Shown one piece after another: positions 23,497 to 35,818 of a stretch of 64,000 bases of DNA. Origin of the DNA: a bacterium (lineage in GTDB: Bacteria; Patescibacteriota; Patescibacteriia; SBBB01); contig SBBB01000011.1 in NCBI GenBank assembly GCA_005239895.1, positions 24,957-88,956 on the forward strand. Reading direction: 5' to 3'. A model generated the notes under the pieces. The model did not search any database. It saw only the letters and a program-made list of their open reading frames with translations, and was not told the origin of the DNA. A program made the translations under genes and the position numbers. How positions within the stretch are numbered: the stretch's first letter is position 1; each line of letters starts with the position of its first letter.

Positions 23497-25683
23497 CTAA
23501 CTCTTTGATGTTGGCCATTTTTCAATTGCTAAAAAGGTTTTAGAGCCTAATAAACCCCAAATATATTCAGTGATAAATGGCATAAATGGATGTAATAATT
23601 TTAGAGACTGTTTTAAGCAATGAACTAAAATTAATTGCGTATTTTTAGCGAGAGCAGAATCTTTTAATTGAGTTTTGCTCGCTTCAATATACTTATCAGC
23701 TAAATTATGCCAAATAAATTGATAAATAGTTTGACTAGCGTTATTTAGAGAAAAATTCTTTATATCTCCCGTAACTTTTTTAATAGTATCATCTAAATCC
23801 TGTAAAATCAATTTATCTTCGGGAGTTAAAGCCACGGGCTGTTGAACTGACTGCAATATATTTTTGTCACAATTCGCAACTATAAATCTAAATATATTCC
23901 ATAATTTATTAGCAAAATGTTTCATTCCCTTTACTTGATCTTCGTCAAATTTTACATCATTTCCAAAAGCAGCTCCAGACATAAGTCCCATGCGCAATGC
24001 ATCTGCTCCGTATTTTTCAATCATTTCTACGGGGTCAATTCCATTACCAAGTGATTTACTAAACTTGCGCCCATTTTTATCACGAACTATTCCGTGAATC
24101 ATCACTTCTCGAAATGGAACTTGCCCCAAGTGAAAACCGCTCATTAAAATCATACGCGAAATCCAAAGCTGTAAAATTTCGTAAGCTGGAGAAATAAGAG
24201 AGGTTGGATGAAAATTTTTTAGATCTTGAGATTTTTCTGGCCAACCTAAAGTAGAGAAAGTCCAAAGACCTGAAGAAAACCAGGTATCTAAAGTATCAGG
24301 ATCTTGAACCCAACCCTCACCTTTTGGAATTTTAATATCACAACAAACTTCGTCTCCCCGATACCAAATCGGAATACGATGTCCAAACCAAATTTGACGC
24401 GAAATACACCAATCTTTCAAATTATCTATCCAATGAAAATAAATTTTCTGAAATCTTTCTTGACTAATTTTTACTGCGCCACTACTTACACTCTCGCGCA
24501 TTATTTCATTTAAAGAAACCTGACTACCACTTTTAATTCCTGGTATTTCTGAATATGGAATTGTAAATTTTTTATTAATATCAACCCACCATTGTAATTT
24601 AGGCAAAAGTTCAATAATTGCTCCAGTTCTTTCAGAGATTGAAACATTTTGTTGAATTTTATCTTCTTTTTCAAGTAAGCCTTGATCCTTAAGCCAAGAC
24701 ACAACAACCTCTCTGGCTTCCGATACTTTTTTTCCATCCAAGTGTCCGACAGTCATTTTAGCATATTCATTAATTATTTGAGGGCGAGGCAAATTATGCC
24801 TATCAGCTATTTCCCAATCTACTTGGCTGTGAGCTGGTGTTACGCCCAAGGCTCCGGTGCCAAAATCTTTTTCCACTGATTCATCAGCAACAATTTTGAT
24901 ATGAATGGGAATATCGCAAAAAATTAAATCAAATTCTTGTCCAATATATTTTTTATATCTAATATCATCTGGATGAACTGCGACCGCCGTATCACCAACC
25001 TTAGTTTCAGGACGAGTAGTTGAAATCGCAATCGGGAAATCTTTAGAATATTTAAAAGTGTACAACTGAGTTTGACGATCTTCATAAATTATTTCATCGT
25101 CCGAAATAGTGGTTTGACCCTTAGGATCCCAATTTACAATTCGGTTTCCACGATAAATAAGTCCAGCTTCATACATTCTTTTAAAAGCCGTATAAACTGC
25201 AAATTGACGTTTTTCATCTAAGGCATAAGCATAACGACTCCAATCTAAAGAAGCACCCATCCGTTTGACCTGAGTTAAAATCACTTTTTCGCTTTTGAGC
25301 GCAAACTCCGTAATGCGTCTAACCAATTCTTCCCGACCTAAATCATATCTGTTTTTATGTTCTTCTTTTTGAATATCTTTTTCTACCCTAGCTTGGGTTG
25401 CAATTGCGGCTGAATCCGTGCCCGGAATCCAAATTATCTTTTTGCCGCACATACGCTGATAGCGAATCAAAACATCTTGAAGAGAGTCTTCATAAGCATG
25501 ACCTATATGCAGAACTCCGGTTACATTGGGAGGTGGAAGAACCATTGAGAATACTTCACGTTTATTTAATTCAGGATCAACGCCCTCAACGCTACTAACA
25601 AAAATTTTAGCTTCATCCCATTTTTTATTAATCTCATCTTCAACTAAAACTGGATCATAGTTTTTAGGTAATGTTGTTTCCAT
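23497..25683 (-). CDS. valS: valyl-tRNA synthetase (short form, 728 aa)
   Basis: The PPPNVTGVLHIGHA HIGH-region and the KFSKSLGN KMSKS-region are ValRS-type. It lacks the long C-terminal coiled coil. Confidence 0.85.
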   Translation of the reverse strand: METTLPKNYDPVLVEDEINKKWDEAKIFVSSVEGVDPELNKREVFSMVLPPPNVTGVLHIGHAYEDSLQDVLIRYQRMCGKKIIWIPGTDSAAIATQARVEKDIQKEEHKNRYDLGREELVRRITEFALKSEKVILTQVKRMGASLDWSRYAYALDEKRQFAVYTAFKRMYEAGLIYRGNRIVNWDPKGQTTISDDEIIYEDRQTQLYTFKYSKDFPIAISTTRPETKVGDTAVAVHPDDIRYKKYIGQEFDLIFCDIPIHIKIVADESVEKDFGTGALGVTPAHSQVDWEIADRHNLPRPQIINEYAKMTVGHLDGKKVSEAREVVVSWLKDQGLLEKEDKIQQNVSISERTGAIIELLPKLQWWVDINKKFTIPYSEIPGIKSGSQVSLNEIMRESVSSGAVKISQERFQKIYFHWIDNLKDWCISRQIWFGHRIPIWYRGDEVCCDIKIPKGEGWVQDPDTLDTWFSSGLWTFSTLGWPEKSQDLKNFHPTSLISPAYEILQLWISRMILMSGFHLGQVPFREVMIHGIVRDKNGRKFSKSLGNGIDPVEMIEKYGADALRMGLMSGAAFGNDVKFDEDQVKGMKHFANKLWNIFRFIVANCDKNILQSVQQPVALTPEDKLILQDLDDTIKKVTGDIKNFSLNNASQTIYQFIWHNLADKYIEASKTQLKDSALAKNTQLILVHCLKQSLKLLHPFMPFITEYIWGLLGSKTFLAIEKWPTSKS

Positions 25684-25721
25684 TTTTATATTATTACGGT
25701 TTGGCGGGTTGAGCTTAAAAT

Positions 25722-28106
25722 TTAATTTTGAACAGATTTAGTATCTTGATCTTTTAACATTAATTCGATGATTTTTACTAGTTCCAAATCACTCAATTTA
25801 TTAATCTGAACATATTGATTAGAAAGAGTATAAAGATTATTATCAATATACAAACTCCTATTTATTTGAGTAGGTCTAGTATAATACATGTCTTGATTGA
25901 ACCCAGGATCTGATTTTATGTTCTTAGGTAAAGTATGAACAACCTTGCCCTTTAATTTAAATCCAGATGTGTCTACATTAAATACCATGGCTGAATATAT
26001 AGGGCTAATATCAGCTAGTTCCTCATTGCCACCAAATCTGGGTAAATTGTCAGCAATAAACCTCGTAAATGTCACGGGTATGACTAATAAATTCTTTGGT
26101 TTAGAAAATAAAAAGGCTTTATGATTATTTAGAGCTTCGGAAGATGTATAAGCATCTCCAATTTCATATTTATCTATTTCTTTCAAATTATTAACATCTC
26201 TCACATCAAATAATGATAATTTTAAAGCTGCATTCATAACTCCACCGTGCTCATTTTCCTTGGTCTCTCTTCCAAAACCTATAAGATAATTGTCATCGTA
26301 AGGATGTAAATAATTAGAGTAACCAGGAATTTTTAATTGACCTAGAACCGTTGGATTCTTAGGATCTTTAAGATCAATTGCAAACAATGGATCTACTTGT
26401 TTAAATGTAACCATATAAGCTCGGTTTTGCATAAATCTAACTGAATATATGCGCTCACCTTTAGCTAACCCCTCCACTTTTCCAACCACTTTTAAATTTT
26501 CATCTAAAACATACAAATTATTATAGGATTCTGTTGGTTTAGCGTCATCGTCAAAACGAGAAAATGACCAGCTTTGATTTTTAGTGGTGGCAATTCTAAA
26601 ATACCCCTTATCTTCATCCATTGAAAACTGATTTAAAACGTGACCCGTAACTTCTCCCACAGTCTGATATTTTAATTGCCCTTCTTTAATATTTATTTTA
26701 TGAATTATACTTTTTTCTAACTCTTTGGAAATATCAACATAAACAATCTTTGTCTTTTCTTTTATGGTTTCTTCAAGTTTGTCTTGTTCTTCCTTGGATA
26801 GTTCTTCAACATATTTTTCAATAATATTTTCAATTTTACTTAGTTTTTCTTCATTTGATAAAACAAGTTTATCAATACCTTCAATATAAATCACGCGTTC
26901 CCGATCTTTAGCTGGCAATAATGGATATACAACCTCTTTTAATATATTAAAAGTCAAATCATGTTCATTAAAATACTTGGTGTAAACAATATAAATATTA
27001 TTTTCAGAAACATACATATTCTGTCCACTATCCAACAAATAAACTTCATTCTTAACTGGATTAGTAATGTTTTTCAAGTCCAACATGGAAATACTCGTAA
27101 AATTATAACTACGGTAAGGTACATCAAAATAATATACATCTGGACAATTACACCTGGGACTGGTTTGGTCGTTGCTTAAAGTATTTCCATCTTCAATAAC
27201 CATAGGCAATACACGCTCATAATCTGAAATAGAATAAGTGTATTTATTAGTTATAAAATAAAGATGATCTTTAATCAAACGAGAATTAAAATAACTTCCT
27301 TCAAATTGAAAATCTTTAATTTTCTTAGGATTTTTACGATCCGTAATATCAAATACTTCTACAACTGTGTAATAATTGTTATTGTAATGATGTCGCCTAC
27401 TAGAAGGCTTAGAAATTGTAAAGGGTTGATAAGTATTGCCATATACTATTAACTTATTTCCACTGACATATAAACCCGATGCGGTTTTGTTTTTAAAATC
27501 TAAATTTGCCACTACTTCGGATTCTTGCGAAGGACGAGCTTTTAAAATCCACAGTTTATTATTAGCCAAAGTATAAATATAGTCACCATCGGTTTTAACC
27601 ACATCTGCTTCATCTACACCTGCTACTTGAATATTAGTTCTAGAATAATCATCGCCATCACTAGGCGGCGACCCAAGCCCAGTCTCCTCACCAGCTTCAA
27701 AACCCATTGGACCAACAGAATCAACACCTATACTCCTTGAACCCATACTATCTGATGACTTAAAACGAACTCTATCATATCTATACGAAGCCTGTTGGGA
27801 TAATTGATTATCTTTAAGATATTCAGTCAGTTCATTCAAATCTTTAAATTTTTTCATTTTCGACTGCTTGGCTAATTGCTGATTCAAAAATTGACTAGAT
27901 GTTTTGTTGCCATTCTTAAGAGCAACATACTTTTCGTCCGACATGCCTACCAACCTAGCGCTGGCTATAACAGCTACAATACCAACGATCAACAAACAAG
28001 CCATGGATATACTAAACAATATTTTATTTGTCGGTTGAACAGAGATTGTCCCGTCTTTGGAATTAAAATTCTTGTCTGAATGGTTAGATTGATTCATATA
28101 TTTCAT
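25722..28106 (-). CDS. membrane-anchored beta-propeller domain protein (PF09826-like)
   Basis: N-terminal TM helix. The C-terminal region IYSVRFMQNRAYMVTFKQVDPLFAIDLKDPKNPTVLGQLKIPGYSNYLHPYDDNYLIGFG matches the conserved core of the beta-propeller domain family, as I recall it. Confidence 0.65.
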   Translation of the reverse strand: MKYMNQSNHSDKNFNSKDGTISVQPTNKILFSISMACLLIVGIVAVIASARLVGMSDEKYVALKNGNKTSSQFLNQQLAKQSKMKKFKDLNELTEYLKDNQLSQQASYRYDRVRFKSSDSMGSRSIGVDSVGPMGFEAGEETGLGSPPSDGDDYSRTNIQVAGVDEADVVKTDGDYIYTLANNKLWILKARPSQESEVVANLDFKNKTASGLYVSGNKLIVYGNTYQPFTISKPSSRRHHYNNNYYTVVEVFDITDRKNPKKIKDFQFEGSYFNSRLIKDHLYFITNKYTYSISDYERVLPMVIEDGNTLSNDQTSPRCNCPDVYYFDVPYRSYNFTSISMLDLKNITNPVKNEVYLLDSGQNMYVSENNIYIVYTKYFNEHDLTFNILKEVVYPLLPAKDRERVIYIEGIDKLVLSNEEKLSKIENIIEKYVEELSKEEQDKLEETIKEKTKIVYVDISKELEKSIIHKINIKEGQLKYQTVGEVTGHVLNQFSMDEDKGYFRIATTKNQSWSFSRFDDDAKPTESYNNLYVLDENLKVVGKVEGLAKGERIYSVRFMQNRAYMVTFKQVDPLFAIDLKDPKNPTVLGQLKIPGYSNYLHPYDDNYLIGFGRETKENEHGGVMNAALKLSLFDVRDVNNLKEIDKYEIGDAYTSSEALNNHKAFLFSKPKNLLVIPVTFTRFIADNLPRFGGNEELADISPIYSAMVFNVDTSGFKLKGKVVHTLPKNIKSDPGFNQDMYYTRPTQINRSLYIDNNLYTLSNQYVQINKLSDLELVKIIELMLKDQDTKSVQN

Positions 28107-28116
28107 GAATTAAAAA

Positions 28117-30147
<2,031 letters not shown>

Positions 30148-30416
30148 TTAAAATTTTCCAACAAAATTAAGCCCTTTCAGGCATTTATATTATACTAAAT
30201 ATTTAACGTTTAGGCAAGTATAATTAGTACGACAAAATTTCAACATATAAATACACTCTTAAAATAACAAAAACCTATACATTGATATTAACTGAGATAT
30301 TTAATTTAAATAACATTTCACTAAATTATATTTCTCTCTTCGATCTTCGATAACATTTCAATGATATTTAACTTCGATACTTAGATATCACCTTACTTAG
30401 ATATCACCTTAAAACC

Positions 30417-30450
30417 GTGACAACCTATCACGATCGAGATGAAGTGTCAC
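30417..30450. repeat. 34-nt palindrome GTGACAACCTATCACGATCGAGATGAAGTGTCAC (family copy b); preceded by a 2x16-nt tandem ACTTAGATATCACCTT
   Basis: Read directly from the divergent spacer between gyrB and the plus-strand membrane-protein gene. Confidence 0.8.
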
Positions 30451-30718
30451 GGTCACTCAATAAATTATACGACAATTACATATCATAATAATAGTATACA
30501 ACATATACCATACTTCAAGGTTAAATTTAAAAAGGCGGGTTGCACTTTATTTAAAAATTAATATGTTTAATACTCGGGGTATCAAACATGTGGAAACCCT
30601 TCGGCTACGCTCAGGGTCTGCACCCCCATTCATCTCTGAAGTAAACTCCAAAGTGTTCTGGGAGTTTCGATCAACCCTGTTTGTTTTATCTAGATAATGC
30701 TAAAATAATGTAATTACT

Positions 30719-32203
30719 ATGATTCTAAATCTCATTTCCTTTAAACAACCCTATTTTAAAAATACAATCCTGTTTGTAGTACTTATAGAACTACTATCTC
30801 TTCTTGGTCATTTTATACCTGAACTAAACACTGTAGTTTTTGCGGTGATTATTTTATTAACTATAATTATTAGTTTAGAAAAACTAGAGTATGGAATCTA
30901 TATATTACTCGCTGAATTATTTATAGGATCAAAAGGTTATTTATTCTTTATTGAATATAATGGTGTAAATGTTTCTATAAGACTGGCTTTATTTTTAGTT
31001 ATTATCAGTATAGGTTTATTTCACTTTTGGAAAACTAAGCCTAGCATTCAACAATTAAAAGATAATTTAAAAACCCTATCTACTCTAAACAAAATCTATA
31101 TTTTGTTTGGAATCATACTGCTAGTTGGCGTTATCAATGCTATTCAAAATAATCACCCTTATAATAATATTTTCTTTGACAGTAATGGTTATTTATATTG
31201 GCTATTATACCCAATCATTCTTTTCGCATTAAAAAACAAAACACAAATTGAAAATGTATTACAAATCTTTTTTGCCACTCTCGTTACTATATCTACCAAA
31301 ACCTTAATTTTACTATTTTTATTTTCTCATAGCTCTCCTTATATTTTGCATCCTATTTATAGATGGATACGTATCACGGGCGTAGGTGAAATTGCAAACT
31401 TACAATCTGGTTTTTATAGAATATTTATGCAAAATCAAATTTATTTAATGCTCGGGTTTATAATTATATTATATCCATTATTAAAATTATTATTAAATAA
31501 AACCCCTAGGTCTGAAAATAAAAATATATGTGTTGGATTTTGGATGTTAATATTATTAGGAGCCAGTTTAATTACCAGCCTTTCGCGCAGCTTTTGGGTG
31601 GGCATATTACTAGCGCTTGTAGTTCTATTTGTGATTTTAGGTTTAAAATCTAAAAAAGAAGCTTGGCAGTCTTTATGTGTATGTATAGTTATAATATATA
31701 GTAGTATAGGCTTAATATTAACTATTATAAATTTTCCCTATCCAAGTAAAACTTATAACACCTATACCATAATTGATACTATTCAAGATCGAACCATTGA
31801 CACTAAAGAAGCAGCTGTAATGAGTAGGTGGAATCTATTACCAGTATTGTGGAATAAGGTTGTGGAAAAACCGGCCTTAGGTTTTGGTTTTGGATCTTTG
31901 GTAACTTATACAGCTACAGACCCACGAGTATTAGCTGTAAACCCAACAGGCGAATACACTACTTATTCTTTTGAATGGGGGTATTTAGATATTATGCTTA
32001 AAATTGGCAGTATAGGTTTAATTATTTATCTTATTTTTATGTTTTATATTGCTAAACCATTGTGGAGTTTTACATCTTTAAATTTTTTGTTAAGCTTGAT
32101 AGCATTATTAACAACGCATATATTTAGCCCTTACCTTAATCATCCTCTAGGCATAGGTTACTTAATAATGTTAATATTGATAGGCAAACACTTTGAAACT
32201 TAA
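30719..32203 (+). CDS. polytopic membrane protein, O-antigen ligase/Wzy-like
   Basis: 494 aa with ~12 TM segments and one large external loop. Family assignment is tentative. Confidence 0.5.
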   Translation: MILNLISFKQPYFKNTILFVVLIELLSLLGHFIPELNTVVFAVIILLTIIISLEKLEYGIYILLAELFIGSKGYLFFIEYNGVNVSIRLALFLVIISIGLFHFWKTKPSIQQLKDNLKTLSTLNKIYILFGIILLVGVINAIQNNHPYNNIFFDSNGYLYWLLYPIILFALKNKTQIENVLQIFFATLVTISTKTLILLFLFSHSSPYILHPIYRWIRITGVGEIANLQSGFYRIFMQNQIYLMLGFIIILYPLLKLLLNKTPRSENKNICVGFWMLILLGASLITSLSRSFWVGILLALVVLFVILGLKSKKEAWQSLCVCIVIIYSSIGLILTIINFPYPSKTYNTYTIIDTIQDRTIDTKEAAVMSRWNLLPVLWNKVVEKPALGFGFGSLVTYTATDPRVLAVNPTGEYTTYSFEWGYLDIMLKIGSIGLIIYLIFMFYIAKPLWSFTSLNFLLSLIALLTTHIFSPYLNHPLGIGYLIMLILIGKHFET

Positions 32204-32327
32204 TTTCCTTAGGCCTAAGGGCCATCAGGCCCTAACGGCATAATTCGTCCTGTAATATGATAGGACGACAAAGAACAAAAGTTACAAACTAAAAAGCTAC
32301 AAGCTAATTCCTAATTATATTTTTAAT

Positions 32328-33095
32328 ATGTCCATATTAATTGCAAATTGGAAAATGAATCCTGATTCTCTTAACAAAGCTGAATTGTTGTTTGCCCAAG
32401 AAATAAAAAATAACACCAAACATCAAATCATTATATGTCCACCTCATATTTGGTTAGAATCACTTTATAAAAAATACAAAAAATATATACAAAAAAATAT
32501 TGGACTGGGATGTCAAAACATAAACCATGAAGAAAATGGAGCGCATACCGGCGAAGTATCTATTAAAATGATTAAAGACAGTGGCTGCAAATATATTATT
32601 ATTGGGCATTCGGAAAGACGCGCCACTGGAGAAACCCAAGAAATAATTAATCAGAAGATTCAGCTGACCCTAAAACATAAACTTACTCCCATACTTTGTA
32701 TTGGAGAGCCTATGGTAATAAAACAACAAGGCCTGCAGTCCGTAAAAAATTATTTAGAAACCCAATTAATAGAATGTCTTAAAAATATATCTCTTGCGGA
32801 TAAAAAACAAAAAATTTTTATTGCGTACGAACCAATTTGGGCTATTGGTAATTTTGCCATACAGCATCTTAATCAAACTGAAATTTTAGAAATTAAACAA
32901 AGTATTGAGTTAACCTTGCAAAACTTATTCTCAACGCTAAATATTCATAAAACATTTAAAATTTTATACGGTGGTAGCGTGGATGAGAAAAATATAAAAA
33001 CTTTTGTGGGGAATAATTTAATGGACGGGTCTTTGATTGGAACTTCCTCTTTAAACCCTAAAACATTTCAAACAATTTGTAAGCAAATCAATTAA
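32328..33095 (+). CDS. tpiA: triosephosphate isomerase
   Basis: NWKMN, IIGHSERR, AYEPIWAIG and YGGSV motifs. Confidence 0.95.
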   Translation: MSILIANWKMNPDSLNKAELLFAQEIKNNTKHQIIICPPHIWLESLYKKYKKYIQKNIGLGCQNINHEENGAHTGEVSIKMIKDSGCKYIIIGHSERRATGETQEIINQKIQLTLKHKLTPILCIGEPMVIKQQGLQSVKNYLETQLIECLKNISLADKKQKIFIAYEPIWAIGNFAIQHLNQTEILEIKQSIELTLQNLFSTLNIHKTFKILYGGSVDEKNIKTFVGNNLMDGSLIGTSSLNPKTFQTICKQIN

Positions 33096-33601
33096 CGCTT
33101 AGTCCATTGAGGCGCGCGACGAGCTCGCTTCAAACCATACTTTTTTCTTTCTTTAATTCTCGCGTCGCGAGTTAATAAACCAGCGGATCTTAAAGATAAT
33201 CTTAAATTTTCATCTAAATTAACTAAAGCTTTAGCTAAGGCATTGCGTATACTGCTCACCTGTCCATTTATACCTCCGCCTTTAATATAAATTGTGCAAT
33301 CCATAATATCTTTCTTGCCGCACATAATCAAAGGTTGCAAAATCAATTCTTGAAGAGTTTTTTGAGGAAAATATTGAGTATAATCTTTATTATTAATAGT
33401 TATAGTTCCCGTACCATTTTGAAATACGCGCAAAGTACCAACAGCTGTTTTGCGTTTACCAACTGCATAAACATACTTGCCATCTGGTAATGATACGCCC
33501 TCTGATTTACCAACTAAACTGTCTGTAACCGGTTTTACTAATTTATCTTTTTTACTGGCTCTAATTTTTCTAATTTTAACTTTGTCGGTAGTATTTTTCA
33601 T
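33092..33601 (-). CDS. rpsI: 30S ribosomal protein S9 with N-terminal extension
   Basis: The C-terminal ...GLKRARRAPQWTKR is the S9 signature. The ~40-aa basic N-terminal extension is not typical of S9. Confidence 0.9.
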   Translation of the reverse strand: MKNTTDKVKIRKIRASKKDKLVKPVTDSLVGKSEGVSLPDGKYVYAVGKRKTAVGTLRVFQNGTGTITINNKDYTQYFPQKTLQELILQPLIMCGKKDIMDCTIYIKGGGINGQVSSIRNALAKALVNLDENLRLSLRSAGLLTRDARIKERKKYGLKRARRAPQWTKR

Positions 33602-33616
33602 AACTTTAAATTGTAA

Positions 33617-33982
33617 TTATTTAATAATTAACCTTTTTATCCTCTCTTTACGTAACTTATTGTTTGGTAACATATGTAAAACAGCGTTTTTTAAAACAAA
33701 ACCAGGATTAGTAGTCCACAATTCGTCTAAAGTCCTAGTTTTTAACCCTCCAGGGTAACCACTAAAATGAAAATATTCTTTTTGTTCAAATTTTTTCCCT
33801 GTAAATGTAGCTCGATTTAAATTTACAACCTCAACCACTTCGCTTCCGGCTATATTAGGAGCGTAACCAACGACATGTTTGCCCATTAAGATAACAGCTA
33901 TCTTGGTCGCTAAACGACCAATAGTTTTACCATCGGCATCAATAGTGTGGGTTTTTATATTTTTAGAAATAATTTTTGTCAT
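33617..33982 (-). CDS. rplM: 50S ribosomal protein L13
   Basis: 121-aa L13-like protein (DADGKTIGRLATKIAVILMGKH) upstream of rpsI. Confidence 0.9.
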   Translation of the reverse strand: MTKIISKNIKTHTIDADGKTIGRLATKIAVILMGKHVVGYAPNIAGSEVVEVVNLNRATFTGKKFEQKEYFHFSGYPGGLKTRTLDELWTTNPGFVLKNAVLHMLPNNKLRKERIKRLIIK

Positions 33983-33999
33983 AACCCTAAATAAAATAA

Positions 34000-34350
34000 T
34001 TATACAAACTCAATTTGACTAACCTCAGCCCCGTCCCCAACTCGTCTACCAATATTAACTATACGAGTATAACCACCCGAACGCTCATTATAACGCTTTC
34101 CTATTACATCTAACATTTTTACAACTGCTTTATTATCAAATACAAAACTTAATAACCTACGACGACTGGTTAAATTATTAACTTTAGCAATCGTTACTAA
34201 TTTATCCATAATAGGCTGCAAGGCTTTAGCTTTGGCTTTAGTGGTTTTAATTTTTTCGTGTATAATTAAACTCGTCGCCATATTTCTCAACATCATATCG
34301 CGAACGGATTTGCTTCGATCTAATTTAATTGTTTTTTTTCTATGACGCAT
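34000..34350 (-). CDS. rplQ: 50S ribosomal protein L17
   Basis: 116-aa L17-like protein (MRHRKK...LR.MATSL..HE.I.TT) downstream of rpoA. Confidence 0.9.
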   Translation of the reverse strand: MRHRKKTIKLDRSKSVRDMMLRNMATSLIIHEKIKTTKAKAKALQPIMDKLVTIAKVNNLTSRRRLLSFVFDNKAVVKMLDVIGKRYNERSGGYTRIVNIGRRVGDGAEVSQIEFV

Positions 34351-34353
34351 AAA

Positions 34354-35184
34354 TTAACTATTTTTTTTGGGTCTACCTCTGGTTTTTTTAACGAGTTGCT
34401 CATCAGTGTTAATATTTATATTACTATCGCTAGGTTTATCCGCGACTTCCGAACTCACAACATCTATCTCACAACCCACGGAACCAGCATTATCTGATTG
34501 TTTACATAAAACAGAAAAATTGTCAACAAGAATTTTACTAGCTTGCTCGCAAGCTTCACTGGGAGTTAAGCTACCATCGGTTTTAATATCTAATAACAAA
34601 CGATCATGACTCGTTCTTTCATCTATCATAATATTTTCAATTGAATAAGAAACAACCTTAATAGGACTAAAAACAGCGTCCATAGCTATAAAACCAATTT
34701 CACTATCATCTAATTTTCTATGATCAGCTGGTAAGTACCCATAACCTTTATTCACTAAAATATCTATCTCCATACGCGCGTCTTTGTGAGTTAAGGTGGC
34801 TATAACCAAATCCGGATTCATAATAGTTACATTATTAGGAGTAACTATATCTTTGGCAGTGACAGTTTTTACACCCTGAGCCTTTAAAAGTAATCTGGCT
34901 TTATCACCATCCACGATCTTTAATCTCAAATTTTTTAGATTTAAAATTATATTCAAAATATCTTCTTTAACATGTTCTAAGACTGATAGTTCATGCAAAG
35001 AAGGATTATTATTAATTTTAATACCTACCACAGCGCAACCTAATAAAGAAGATAAAAGTACGCGTCTAAGTGCGTTGCCCAAGGTTATTCCGTATCCACT
35101 CTGACAGGGTTCAATAATAATTCTACTGCTATTCACATTCTCGACGCTAATAACCTCTAGTTTATTAGGTAATTGTATAAACAT
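34354..35184 (-). CDS. rpoA: DNA-directed RNA polymerase alpha subunit, N-terminal domain only, with AT-hook-like C-terminal tail
   Basis: 276 aa with alpha-NTD motifs (EPCQSGYGITLGNALRRVLLSS). After ~225 aa there is only an acidic linker and ...KKTRGRPKKNS. No alpha-CTD was recognised. Confidence 0.88.
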   Translation of the reverse strand: MFIQLPNKLEVISVENVNSSRIIIEPCQSGYGITLGNALRRVLLSSLLGCAVVGIKINNNPSLHELSVLEHVKEDILNIILNLKNLRLKIVDGDKARLLLKAQGVKTVTAKDIVTPNNVTIMNPDLVIATLTHKDARMEIDILVNKGYGYLPADHRKLDDSEIGFIAMDAVFSPIKVVSYSIENIMIDERTSHDRLLLDIKTDGSLTPSEACEQASKILVDNFSVLCKQSDNAGSVGCEIDVVSSEVADKPSDSNININTDEQLVKKTRGRPKKNS

Positions 35185-35222
35185 ATAAAAATGTATTTAA
35201 AAATAAAAACTAATCTGTCTGA

Positions 35223-35813
35223 TTATAATCTAGAATAATACTCTACTATAAGGTGTATGTTTATTTCTCCCTTGACAGTGTTTATATCTGGCGAAGTTAA
35301 AATTTTCCCCGAACGATTTTCTTTATCTGTAAATAACCAAGTTGGAGTTTCATATTTTTCTAAAATTTTATCTCGATTTTTAAAAACCAAACTATTTTGA
35401 CTTCGAGGACGAATGCTTATAATATCACCAACGCTCACTTCGTAAGATGGAATATTTACAGCTTTACCATTTACTAAAAAATGTTTATGATTGATTAATT
35501 GTCTAGCTGTGTTTCTAGTGTTAGCTAAACCCAAACGATACACAACATTGTCCAGTCTGTTTTCTAGTTTCTGCAATAACATATCTCCTGTATCACCCTT
35601 AGCAATTTTTGCTTTTTCATAACAATTACGAAACTGTCTTTCGCGCATACCGTACATTTTCTTGCAAGCCTGCTTTTCGCGAAGCCTTAAAGCGTATTCA
35701 GTTAATTTAGCCATTCTTTTTTGAGGTTTAGCAGCATTAGCAGTTGTTTTATGTTCCGTGCGGACTTTTCTGGTTTTGGTTTCTGTAGTATTTTGCGTAT
35801 TTATATTATTCAT
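35223..35813 (-). CDS. rpsD: 30S ribosomal protein S4
   Basis: 196 aa with an S4 domain (RLDNVVYRLGLANTRNTARQLINH). Confidence 0.9.
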   Translation of the reverse strand: MNNINTQNTTETKTRKVRTEHKTTANAAKPQKRMAKLTEYALRLREKQACKKMYGMRERQFRNCYEKAKIAKGDTGDMLLQKLENRLDNVVYRLGLANTRNTARQLINHKHFLVNGKAVNIPSYEVSVGDIISIRPRSQNSLVFKNRDKILEKYETPTWLFTDKENRSGKILTSPDINTVKGEINIHLIVEYYSRL

Positions 35814-35818
35814 ATTAA

